From contig MQRK01227347.1 in assembly GCA_001938485.1 (NCBI GenBank), positions 34,303 to 82,981 on the forward strand: 48,679 nucleotides of DNA, given 5' to 3'. Positions 37,330-48,679 of this stretch are shown piece after piece. Within the stretch, counting starts at the first letter, position 1. Every line of letters starts with the position of its first letter. The notes beneath the pieces were generated by a model. It made no database searches, was not told the origin of the DNA, and saw nothing but the letters and a program-made list of their open reading frames with translations. This stretch comes from Girardia tigrina. Lineage: Eukaryota. Both the position numbers and the translations under genes were made by a program.

Positions 37330-37800
37330 GTCAACTTTGGTTTTATATATTTCTTTAATTCTCTTTAGTCTGTCATCATCTGTTGGACTATCTCTAATCA
37401 TCCATATATCACTTGAATCTATAATTTCCTTCTTTAGTTTTATTCCAAATTTGTCCAAAAAGTCAACTCCTGTTATCATTTCTGGGTTGAGTTCTTTGAC
37501 TACATAAAACTCTTTAATTTTTGTACTCCTTCAATTATTACTTTTAATTTACAATTCCATAATTTATAAGTTCTGAATCACTTGCAAAATGAATGCGTTT
37601 ACTCGTTTTCTCTATCTGAACATCTTTCATACTTTTAAGTATATCTGCTTTAACAACATTTACTTTGGCACCGGTATCCAAAAGACATTCAACATTCATA
37701 TTCTTTATATTAAATGCAATGCTTGGTCTTCCATTCAATTTGTCATATCTAATAATGAGCTTTGATATTTTCAACATTTCTTCCTGTTTCAACTTTTGCG
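37330..37800 (-). mobile_element. Ty3/gypsy aspartic protease relic
   Basis: GRPSIAFNIKNMNVECLLDTGAKVNVV...PEMITGVDFLDKFGIKL. Confidence 0.8.
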
Positions 37801-38247
37801 ATTTTGTCTTTATCTTCTTATCAAAATACTATGTTTCAAATTTTTATTGTAATTCATTAAAGTTAACAAAAAATTTCGTTTAGAAATTACATATTGAAAA
37901 TATATTGAACTAATATTTAAATTTTAATAATAAATTTTAATAAATAATTTTTTTAATATTTAAAATTTATTTACTTTAATAAGGAAATCGAAATCAAATT
38001 TGGACAAGTAAAAACGAAAGAAATTATATTACAACCTTTGAAGACAGACCATGACCTGATCCTTCCGGATCGGTATTGTGACTGTATTGTATTCCGAAGT
38101 GCATAAGCTTAACTCTCCGGCCACCACATCGTCAGAACGAATAATAATTTTGTATTTCACCAAGAGTGGTCATAATTTAAAATATTTTAAAATTATTTAA
38201 AAAAATTCCATTTTACATTTATTTAAGGGTTTCAGATTTAAACGTGC

Positions 38248-38988
38248 GATGTTGAGAGGTGAAGAACAACAGAAATTATATTTCAAAAAATCGTTTAAGC
38301 TTTTTACGTTCTATTTAGAAAAAAACAAAACATATTTTATTATTATTGAGTTTTATAACAAAAAAGCGAAATGGAAAGCTTCTTGGCAACAATAATAATT
38401 TCAGATATGAATCGCCAATCTCTTGGGTGAAAGGAGAGTCGTAATTCTTTCGAAGATAATTAAACTATTTGTGGAAAACTCAGCAGCATTAATAATAAAT
38501 AAATATGCGATTGAGAAACAAAATAAAAAAATATCATTTAAACGTAATAAATACTTTGCAATGAAAAGATCGAGATCATTGTTTCATACAATTAATATTA
38601 ATCATAAATATAATATTTAATCAAACTACTGATTTTATAATTACATTTTTTTTAGAAAAATATTAATTTATGTCGAAGAAAGACCTTTACTTCGTTAATC
38701 TCAACACGAAGAAAATTATAATAATGTTTAAAAATCGTTGTTTTGTGTTTGATAACTGAAGGTTTCTTCTGAAAAGTAAATTTAAAATATAAAATAAAAA
38801 ATTAAGTTATGTTTTCGAAAGATAGGTCATTTAAAATAAAAAAAATTAAATAAAAATTACTTTTCAATGCATTTAAATAAAAATAAATAAAACTTTTAAA
38901 AACTAAATTTCCGAAATGGATTCCCCTGTTCTAAAATGACAGTAATGAAACTTCGAAAATTCCGGAATTAAATTTTTATTACAATTTG
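38248..38988 (+). repeat. ~740-bp repeat, copy 2
   Basis: Reverse complement of 22893-23634 with scattered substitutions and indels. Confidence 0.93.
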
Positions 38989-40019
38989 TAAATATATTAT
39001 ATGTTCTATTTTATATTAATTTATTATTTTTGATTACTTATATTAAGTTATTATGTTTAATATTAAAAAAAATTGAAAATCGATTTTAATGATTACCGTG
39101 ATTATGAAATTCTTACCTGTATTTTGATTATTGAAACGTTGATCTATATGAAAATTCTTATCATAACCGAATTCATCAAGCCTATTGCCATGAAATCGAA
39201 AAGCAGACAACTTGCGTTACCAACATATGGAATTTACTATTTATTTCCATCAAGTCTTCATCTAATTCAAAATCCAGATTATCTAATATCAGTAATTCTA
39301 ACCTTGATCAATTGGTTACCTATGCAATAACTCTTTAGCAATTTGTGCATTCGAATAGTAAATTATTTTACTTATTTTTTTACTTCCTACGACTAATATT
39401 TTCCTGTTTTGTGAATGTACATCTCTTCGTTTTCTTTAATAACTTCCGTTTATGTTAATATTTTTCAATATAGTTTAGTTATATATAATTTTACTGTTTT
39501 ATTTATTTATTTCTTCTGATATTAGAATGATCTTATAGATTGGTTTATACAAACTTCATCTGGAGGTTCATTTTAATAATGAGGAAAAAGATGAAAAGAA
39601 GGAGGATTTTTTAAAAAAATCAACGTTGAACATGTTTTGATTACAATTTTTGATCATCTTCTGCAACTTTATCTGTGTAGTAATTTATTTTATTTTTATT
39701 TTGATATTATTATTTTATAAATAGTTTATTTATTTTTATATTATAAATATGAACAATTTTTTTAAATAATATTAAATTTCAATATTCTTGGTTAGTATTT
39801 ATTAATTTTATTTAATGATATTAAATATTGAGGCTGCTTTACTTTTTTTGCAATTTGGCTGTTAATCAATGGGTTCTAATATCATATTAGTAATGATTCA
39901 CAACACAACCTCTCATAATAAGAATCAAAATTCTTCATAAGAACAGAAAATTCAACTTATGAAATTTATGAACTTCCTTCTTAGCAATATACATTGATCA
40001 AAAGCCATATTCGATTTAC

Positions 40020-40720
40020 GACTGTTTTTTTTGTTTTGAGATGACGATTTGTGTCTCTATTGCACGAGTTTTTACACTCGTGACAATTAAGTTTATTGAC
40101 TAGAAATTGATTGTAATCCACAAATCTTTTTCGATTTACTTATGAGAAAGCTTTGAACTTTAGACGTCATTGAAACAACTTTGACACTACTTATGTACTT
40201 GCAAATACTTAAAATAAAATCCCTTAAAATAAGGTATTTTGATTATTTTTAGTGTTCTGTAAATTTTCTTCCCTTTAGTCTATTCTTAATCTGTGCTTGT
40301 GTAAGATTAAATGAAGTGATTAACAAAAAAATTTGATATTAATTTTCTTAAACAAGGTATATTCTCGAAATAAAAGTAACTATTAGATAATTTGAAGCTT
40401 GATACATTGGTTACATTATAAAAAATCGAATCTATTCTATTTTAAAGGATAAGTGACAGTACTGAGAATCATTTTTACTAAGAGAGTACAACCCATTAAT
40501 TAATATTCAATATGAGTAAAGTAAGGCCGTCTCAATTCTTAAAATTTTTAATTAAAATAAGTAAAAAAAATCTGCCATTATTATCTAATAAAATCGTAAA
40601 AAATAGTTTTTACTGACAAAATCTCCCATTAATTAACCTATAGTAATAATAATATTATAACCTCATTTATTGCATAATAATTGCTGATGATGGAAAAAGA
40701 ATTTCCAAAACATATACAAT
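40020..40720. mobile_element. Penelope-like fragments in both orientations
   Basis: Minus strand: TSKVQSFL..KSK and ECKNSC.RDTNRHLKT (~40200-40030). Plus strand: ESFLLREYNPLINIQ (~40465-40512) followed by a hammerhead-like motif at 40680. Confidence 0.55.
40680..40720 (+). ncRNA. Degenerate minimal type I hammerhead ribozyme motif
   Basis: ATTG-CTGATGA-T-GGAAA(aagaa)TTTCC-AAAA-CATATA-CAAT: stems I and II pair, but the core GAAA reads AAAA. Confidence 0.5.
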
Positions 40721-40772
40721 AATAAATATTTTAAAAACGCTTTAAAAATATTAAATTAGCGTTTACAAAACT

Positions 40773-40826
<54 letters not shown>

Positions 40827-41464
40827 CATTCTTTTTGAGATTTTTGTTCTTTTTCTTAATCTATTTATTTTTCCGAAGAGAAAAAGTATTATCTTTCATC
40901 CGAAGATAATTAACCTAAAATTTCAAATAAATATACTATATATTTTTGGAATTCTCCGAATTTCTTCAATTTTTAACGGTAATTTCCATTTCGATCATTC
41001 TCAAACTTCATTTTTTTCTAAATATTCAATTTTAAATAAAAAGGAATTTCGTTTTCATAGAAAAAATATAACTTTTTACAAAAACGAAATTCAGTTTTTT
41101 TATTTGATTTATTAAGAAAAACTGTCTCAAAAATCCCGAGATTAAAAACAATCAAATTCAAATGCCCCAATAACTTCCATTCATATTAATCTCGAAAAAA
41201 AAGATTAATAAAATGAAAGAAAAAATATTTTTTTCTATTTGTTGAAGAAAAATAATTGTATTAAAATATATTTTTTTTCAGTTGAATTCAAAAACACCAA
41301 AATAAATTGGAAAATTATTTTTAGGTTCTTGATAAACGATAGGGTTCATAATAAAAAATATTTATTTATTTTTAAATATAACAAATATCAATATATAAAT
41401 TTAAATTAAATTATAAATATTTATACGTTATTTATTAAAAATTTTATTATTATAAATTTGATGC

Positions 41465-41791
41465 TTTACACCTTAATTTAATCCCTTTAAATTTTAATTT
41501 AATACGCTTTAAATATTAATTTATTTTACTTTAAATTGCGTGTATTTAAAATTCTTATTTAAATTAATATTAGTTGTTATTTTAAAAATGTATACAATAT
41601 TTACATTAGGTGTCAACTCCGTAAATGTAAATATAGCATAGATTTTTAAAATAACAACAAGCATTTTAAATACACGCATTTTAAAGTAAAATAAATTAAA
41701 ATTTAAAGCGGATTAAATTAAAATTTAAAGGGATTAAATGAAAGTTTAACGGGATTAAGGTAAACTTTAACAGGATTAAATTAAGGTGTAA
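41465..41791. repeat. Foldback-like inverted repeat with ~21-bp subrepeats
   Basis: Arms TTTACACCTTAATTTAATCC...TGCGTGTATTTAAAAT and ATTTTAAATACACGCA...GGATTAAATTAAGGTGTAAA; the right arm has extra TTTAAMRGGATTAA units. Confidence 0.75.
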
Positions 41792-43944
41792 ATCTTGTAT
41801 TAACGACTGTCATAAAATTTAAACTCCTATTATTTTTACTAATTTTACTTATTTTAATCATCATTTTAAATTCTTCTGAATTTAATATGTTACTTTCCTT
41901 ATTTAGGCGAACGTTTAAATATTAAATTAATTTTAGAGTTTTATTATTTGAATTTACTCCGTTTTTAAATTTTCAAGTTCTTTAATTTAATTTGAATGAT
42001 GAAACAACTTATTTTGAAAAAAATTTCAACTTTAAAATTATTTAGAAAATATGTTTTAATTATAAAAATTCTTCTCAATAAAATTCCGATTTTAAATATT
42101 AGAGATATTTTTAATTTTGCAAATATTCAAAAAAATTTTAATTTGCCAAATCCTAACAATTATATTTTTAGTTTTTGGAAACAGTCAAAGAAAAGGAAGA
42201 AGACTAATTGAACTTTCTTTCAGCTTTATTTAGTAAATCTTTAATAGTTTAAATCAGTTTGATTATATTGATTTTTAATTTTATTGGAAATAAAGACAAA
42301 CAAATACTGAAGATGAAAAATTTAAACAAAAAAATGTCTTCTGGAAAATTTATAACGTAAAATTGCAGACTTTTTCTTAATTTATTGTCGGTCTACTGTT
42401 AAAGTGGTTTGTTAATTGAATTTTACAAAACGAAATTAAGTCAATTTTTATTCAGGAAAAAGAAATAATAATTTCTCCAACAACTTTTTTCCAAAAAACG
42501 TCAATATTTGAAATTTACAAAGGCAAATAATGAAAAAAAATTATTTGCTATTTTTTTCATTATTTATATATTTCTTTATGATAAAAAATATAATCACATT
42601 CTTTTTGTTGATTGTGAATAGTTTTCTTTTCATAGAAAAAGAAATCTTTTTTTCTTCTATTAGTTTCTTTCAAATGGAAATTTTCGGTCAGATTTTATTA
42701 AAAATGTGATTTAAATAAGTTTTTTTGTAATAAATTGTGAAAAGGAATTTACGTCTGATATAAGATTAAATGAAGTGATTAACAAAAACATTTTGTTATT
42801 AATTTTCCTAAATAAAATATATTCTTGCAATAACTTTTACACATTTTGAAAGCTTGTAAATTTTGTGAGTATTTTTATCTATTTCTGTTGATTGCACAAG
42901 GGTTTGCGAAACTTTGCCAACTATGATCTCAAGAAGATCCTAGGCCGTGATGGCTTTAAGTTTTTCTGGTCACAAATCACGAAAACCTTCTTCAACAACA
43001 ACAAAAAAGGTGAATTTGCGAAATTATCCCAATAGAATGTTTGTGAGCGAAAAATCGAAAGCAATTGCGATTAATTCACCAATAATTTGGTTTAATCGTT
43101 GTGAAGAATATTTTAAATTTGGTATGTTGAATTTTGTATTTTGGAAATGGGTTTCTCCCACTCAGATGGAAAATTGATATTTTGGATGTTCACGATGAAT
43201 AATTATTCGAATATAATTTGCATTTTAAATTACAGCATGAAATATTTAAAAAATTTTAAAATTATTTAATCGTTTCAAATTTTAATATTTAAAATTTAAA
43301 TAAAGTAATTAACTTTTAACTAATTTTAAAATTGATTAATGAAATGTTTTTCTTTAAATAAAATCATTTTTGAAATAAAGTTAATATGTAGATAGAATTA
43401 TTAATATAATTATATAAAAAAAACTTTAGAAATAAAATCTGAAAATAATGAAAATTTGTTCAAATAATTGTTAATTAAAAAACATTAACAAAAATTAATC
43501 AATTTAGTTAGAATGTACTCGTACGAAAGTTTTGACAAAGATTGTCTTAAAGACAATCAAACCTGTTGTGTTAATAAAAATATGAAAAGTCAAATTGGTG
43601 TTCTTAATAATCGTCATCGTTGTTGTTTTGAAAATCGAACACAGAATTGTTAATAATGATGACACAATCGTCATAATACAACGAAAACATCCACTTGTAA
43701 CTCTTCTGGAAGTTCAGTCGCACTTGAGGATTCTCAATTCAAAAAAAAACTAAATGTCGACTGCAGCGCCCGAACTCTTTTTCTCACATTTGCCTAACAG
43801 TAACACAACAGCTGTGAGAATGTTTTTGTGTAGTGCTTGCATGTTTGAATGTTGTGTGTCAATTTGGGATTGTGTCTCTCCAATCAGATGGATGATTAAT
43901 ATTTTAATTCTTATAATCTGAAACTAATTTATTTAAATTTAGAT

Positions 43945-45915
43945 TTAATATTCAAATTTTTAATTTTTATTATTGTAAATTTTTAAATAATTAAAATCAA
44001 ATTAATGTTTAAAAATAATTGTAAAAATTAATTTTATTTTAACCAATAAAATTTAAATTATATATTTTAAATAAAATAATTTTCTCAAGTTAGTTCAGAT
44101 TGTAAGGAGGAGTATTAAACATTGAGTGATGGATATAAGTGAGAGCAATGCTATTGATCATCATAGAGATGATCGAAATTGTCAATGTAATAAATGTTCT
44201 ATCACATGTGTTAGTTCTCTTAACAACAGCAAACATGCGGAACAAAAATTCGAAAACAATACGATTTATTCTATTCTCAATTTCTTTAACAATATTTTCT
44301 TATGCAAAGAATAAAATGATCACAACTAAATTCCAAATTTAGAAAATTTTCAAGCAACGGTCTTATGACGTTTATTAAGACTTGAAAAAACAACAAAGTT
44401 TTAATTTAACTTTTGTAAAATATTTTTCCAATTTCAGGAATTGCAATTTGATTTTCAAACATCTTTTTCGAACCGCAAATTTAAAAGCCACAACCTTGTT
44501 GGGAAATTTTGGACTGGTTGATCGAACTTGATGCAAATTAAGATTATTAAAATTTTAAATTTCTATTTCACTTAAATAAAATTTAATTTTAAGAAAAATC
44601 AGTTAATTTAAAAACTAAATAAGCAAAAATCAAAATTAAAATGAATCTTGAAAAGATCCACAGTTTCGATCTTCTTTAAAAGAAAGAAACAAATGGAAGA
44701 AATATAAACCCAAAAGTTAACAAATTAGACCTAAATGAACAATTAAGTGAAAATTGATAGCAAAAAGAAAAGAATATTCTTTCAAATGAATTAAAGGAAA
44801 TATACGGTATAAAAAGAGTTATGAAAAGTAATGCGAAAAAGACAATTAATAATTTTTACTATGTTGAAATTAGTTGCTAATTGTTGTGGAAAATGTATAT
44901 GTAAAAATTATTAAAAAATAAATTAAAATAGTAAGTTTGGTAACAGAGTTTTTTTTAATTTTTAAAAATTTTCTTGATTTATTTTCTTGATGCAGATGGA
45001 AAAATATGCTAATTATTTAGTACTCTGGAAGATTGTTGGTATCATGAAAATACAGAATACGAAACAGATTTAGGATCATACGAACTTGTACTATGTATTA
45101 AGGGGTAGTGCCTTGCAATTTTTGATCAAGATATCATTCTGATTCTTACTTTATGAGAACGCTTGTTTTTGACAATTTATTGTGTAGAGCCATTTATTAA
45201 ATATTATTAAATATTACATGAGCGAGGAACATTATCTATCTTTATTAAATTTCTGTTGAAACGGGAAATAAGGTATATGCATGGAATTTTATACAAGACT
45301 GGTGTAAAGGGTCATACAACATTTTTATCAATTTAAAAAGATAAATAATTACAATTATTAAATGTCAAGAATATTAAATGTCAAAACATGAAAAAGAAAT
45401 CTAGTTATTTACACATTCTATCAACCATAAATATCTCTGATTTTAAGTGTTTCAGAGGTGATTTAAAGTGTTTAGTTAATGAAGTAAATTTTTACCTGTC
45501 CATGCATACTCACATTTTAACATATAACTATTAAGCAGAGAAGCTATCGGATGGAATCATAAAGCAATACACTTCACTACGTATCCAAAAACTTTCAGAC
45601 ATTTATTATCTACACTGTTAAGAGAACTCCCACATTTGGTTGAACACTTATTACATTCAAAATTTGAATCATCTCTATGATAATAGTATTGCTTTCGCTT
45701 TAATTCATCACTCAATGTTTAATACTTCTCATCCAAAATCTGAACGAACTTGAAAAGAATTAATTTATTTAAAATATTTACTTTAAATTTTATTGGTTAA
45801 AATACATTTACTATTTACAATCATTTAAAAACATTAATTTGATTTAATTATTTAACAATTTACAAAAATAAAATTTTTTAAAATTAACAATAAAAACATA
45901 TTAAAAATTTGAATA
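43945..45915. repeat. ~290-bp diverged inverted arms (43945-44228 / 45614-45915) around a ~1.4-kb spacer
   Basis: For example GTATTAAACATTGAGTGATG vs CATCACTCAATGTTTAATAC, and CATAGAGATGAT vs ATCATCTCTATG. Confidence 0.75.
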
Positions 45916-46552
45916 TTAGGTTGTTGCAAAAGGATTGCAGGTTTTTGATTTTTTTTGTATTTACCGCAATGTTATACGACTAAAGTATGTATGATGTTAT
46001 GAGTCATCCAAAAGCATAATTTATATTCTTTCAAATATATTTATCTGAAACTTATTATAATGTTTCTTTTTTTAATAATTTTGAATTTAATTGTTGATGC
46101 CAAAACGTGATTTTTCCAACATTTACTTCTACGAGTTCAAGCTAGTGCGTAATGAAGCTCAAACCGTTCGAAAAATCAACGATGTTTGGAGCAAGGGAAG
46201 TGTTAACAAATGCATGGTACTGCGCTGGTATCAAAAGTTTCGTTCTGGCAATACCAGCCTGGAAGATACGCTTCATGGCAGCCGTCCATCGACGATTGAC
46301 AACGACGAATTGAAGGACCTGGCGGAAGCCGATCCACGTACAACTGTTCGAGCACTCGCAGAACAGCTCAACGTTGATCATTCAACCCTCGCTCGGCACT
46401 TATAACAAATTGGAAAGTCGAAAAAGTTCGATAAATGGGTGCCTCACAAATTGAACGAAAGTCAAAATAATCGTCGTTTTGAGGTATTTTCTGCATTTCT
46501 TCTACGCAACAATAACGACCCGTTTCTTGATCGGATTGTGACGTGTGATGAA
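45916..46552 (+). mobile_element. mariner (cecropia/Hsmar1-like), 3'-truncated
   Basis: TA|TTAGGTTGTTGCAAAAGGATTGC TIR; YFYEFKL...WYQKFRSGNTSLED..GSRP..., WVPHKL, FLDRIVTCDE, then an abrupt end. Confidence 0.92.
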
Positions 46553-48679
46553 TATTCATCTCATACACAACAGTCTTTAAACCATTAATAAAATATAAAA
46601 TAATTTTAATAAAATTAATAATTATTAATTATATCAATAATAAAAAAACCATTAATAATAAAATAAACCATTAAAAAAATATTTAAAATGAAGTCTTTGT
46701 AAAATTCCAAATAAAATATTAAATTTAAAAACAATTTCAATTAATTTCCGGTCACATGAAGTATCTGAATTTGGATTTTAGGGCCTAAATTATCCATACC
46801 TTGGCAGATAATATTTGTTAATAAATAAAATTAATAAATAAAATAAATAAATGGTAAAACATTAAAGGCACTTTTATATTTTGTAAAGAATTTTGTGATT
46901 TATTAGTTAAAAATAATAATTCTTTTCAAATCATCAAAAATACGTCTTAAATTAAATCAAAAAAAAGTTTTACCATTTCACAATTTGTAACAATAATTTT
47001 TTAATCAAATTAAATTTTAATTTTGTAAAAATTCAAAATTTCATTGATGTAATTAAAACATGTTCGCTTTTTAATGCCACATTTTTATCATCCAAAAACA
47101 TGTAAATAATTATGTGCCGTTTGCCAGTTGAAGCCGCAAAGTCGCCGGCAAAGAAATTATAATTCCTATCACATTTGATCTCATAAATGTTGGGGAATTT
47201 TATTTTTGTCTTTTCGTTTATTTTTATCTGTGCAATCTGTTTTTAAATATGTTTTAAGCAATATTTTAAGAAATAAAATCGATTTTGGATAATTGTACTT
47301 CTTGATCCGACCAACTTGAAAAAAATAAAAATATAAATAATAAAATGTAAAATGATATCAACCTTGTTGATTAGTAATAATATATATTAATAATATATAA
47401 TGTAAAATTAATATACATAAATTACAAAAAATAAATCTAAAAAAAGATATTTCTATTGATAATATCAATAATTTAGAAGTCTATAAACGAGATTTTTTCT
47501 GATTCCTTTGGGAGTGACATAAAAAGAGTTAGGTACACAGTTAATATAGCGAACAATTAGTGATTTTCCGATAATATCAAATTTATATACATGGATTATT
47601 ATCTTTTGATATAATAATTAATCGATTTCTAATAGAAATTATTATCTTAATAAAAATGATTATTTTAACTATTTTTTAATATATTTGTTTCCTTTAGTAA
47701 ATTGAAATTGTAATGCTAGACAGACAAATTATACTTCAAATCTAAATTATAAATATAATTTTATTGCTAGAGAAAAAGACTTCAAGATATTCTTTTTTAT
47801 GCAAAAATACTCTTTCTGCATAATAGCAAAAAACGAAATATTTGAATAAATTTTATGAATAAATTATATTATATCAGCACGAGAAAATGAAGAAAATAAC
47901 TGTGATATCACAATAATAGGAAATGAATATCAGTAGGTCAAAATAAATAAAATAGTTACATCGAAATCAGATTTCTCGATGCCAATAGATTTTATGTAGA
48001 GGTTAATTTTTTTAGTTTGTTAAGATAATTGTTTCAGTAATTATTCAGATTATATTTCGGTTATTCACTAAAATATTCGTTCTCACATTTCAATGAAGTA
48101 TTCAGACTCATAGATTGAATCAATATTTGAATAAGCGATTTCACACAATATTCGTTTAGTGGTTTTGACTAATACCGCCAGTTGAAAAATAATAATGAAA
48201 GAGTTTCGAAATTCTCGTAATTAGAGACAAAAAAAAATGATAAATTACGATTATAATTTTGATATAGATTTTTTTTAATATGCATTTAAAATCTTATAGC
48301 ATTTATAATCGCTATGGGATTTTTGAATTCAAATTACCGATATATAATAATAACACAATAAATAAAAAAAGATATATTTAAAAAAAAGATATATAACTAG
48401 ATTTATTCGCAAAGAGTTAGAACAAATATATATATATATATATATATTAAGATTTAATGGCAATTTATTTGTAAAAAAATGAATAACAAACGCCATTTTA
48501 AAAGTTTTTTTATTTCTCAAAACATGTTTCGCTATTACGGCATCATCAGTTGTGAAGTACATTTCAAATTACAAGTCATTTATATGGCACATTGACTATT
48601 ACGCAATTAATCTTTTTTTTAATATTAAAAGATTTTAATATGATTGGATAATTCACTTTGAACATTTAAGCATGGTTTT

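Noticed and set aside
22893-38988. A single 16-kb transposon with 740-bp TIRs
   Set aside because: No target-site duplication at the outer ends and no matching transposase or Polinton core genes inside; kept only as an inverted repeat pair.

Overview
Very AT-rich eukaryotic (invertebrate animal) DNA. The repeat content is compatible with a planarian-type genome, but the taxon cannot be proven from this window. The only apparently intact host gene is the 3' part of a ROR-family receptor tyrosine kinase on the minus strand: a transmembrane/juxtamembrane exon at 14641-14929 spliced to a terminal kinase exon at 11464-12640. I could not find its extracellular exons, so much of the remaining ~34 kb may be intron. 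The rest is a dense, nested set of decayed transposons: an RTE LINE, an RLE-type (R2/NeSL-like) LINE, Ty3/gypsy pieces, Penelope-like pieces with degenerate hammerhead motifs, pogo/Tigger, two mariners, Tc1, hAT, Chapaev3, MULE, Kolobok- and piggyBac-like non-autonomous elements, foldback-like inverted repeats and a 45-bp minisatellite. The most notable observation is a 1.5-kb hAT-like unit (24884-26404) with a perfect 8-bp target-site duplication and imperfect TIRs. It carries a pseudogenised fragment of the host gene eIF3h, which makes it a candidate animal 'Pack-hAT'. All family assignments are from motif recognition by eye; no database search was run.
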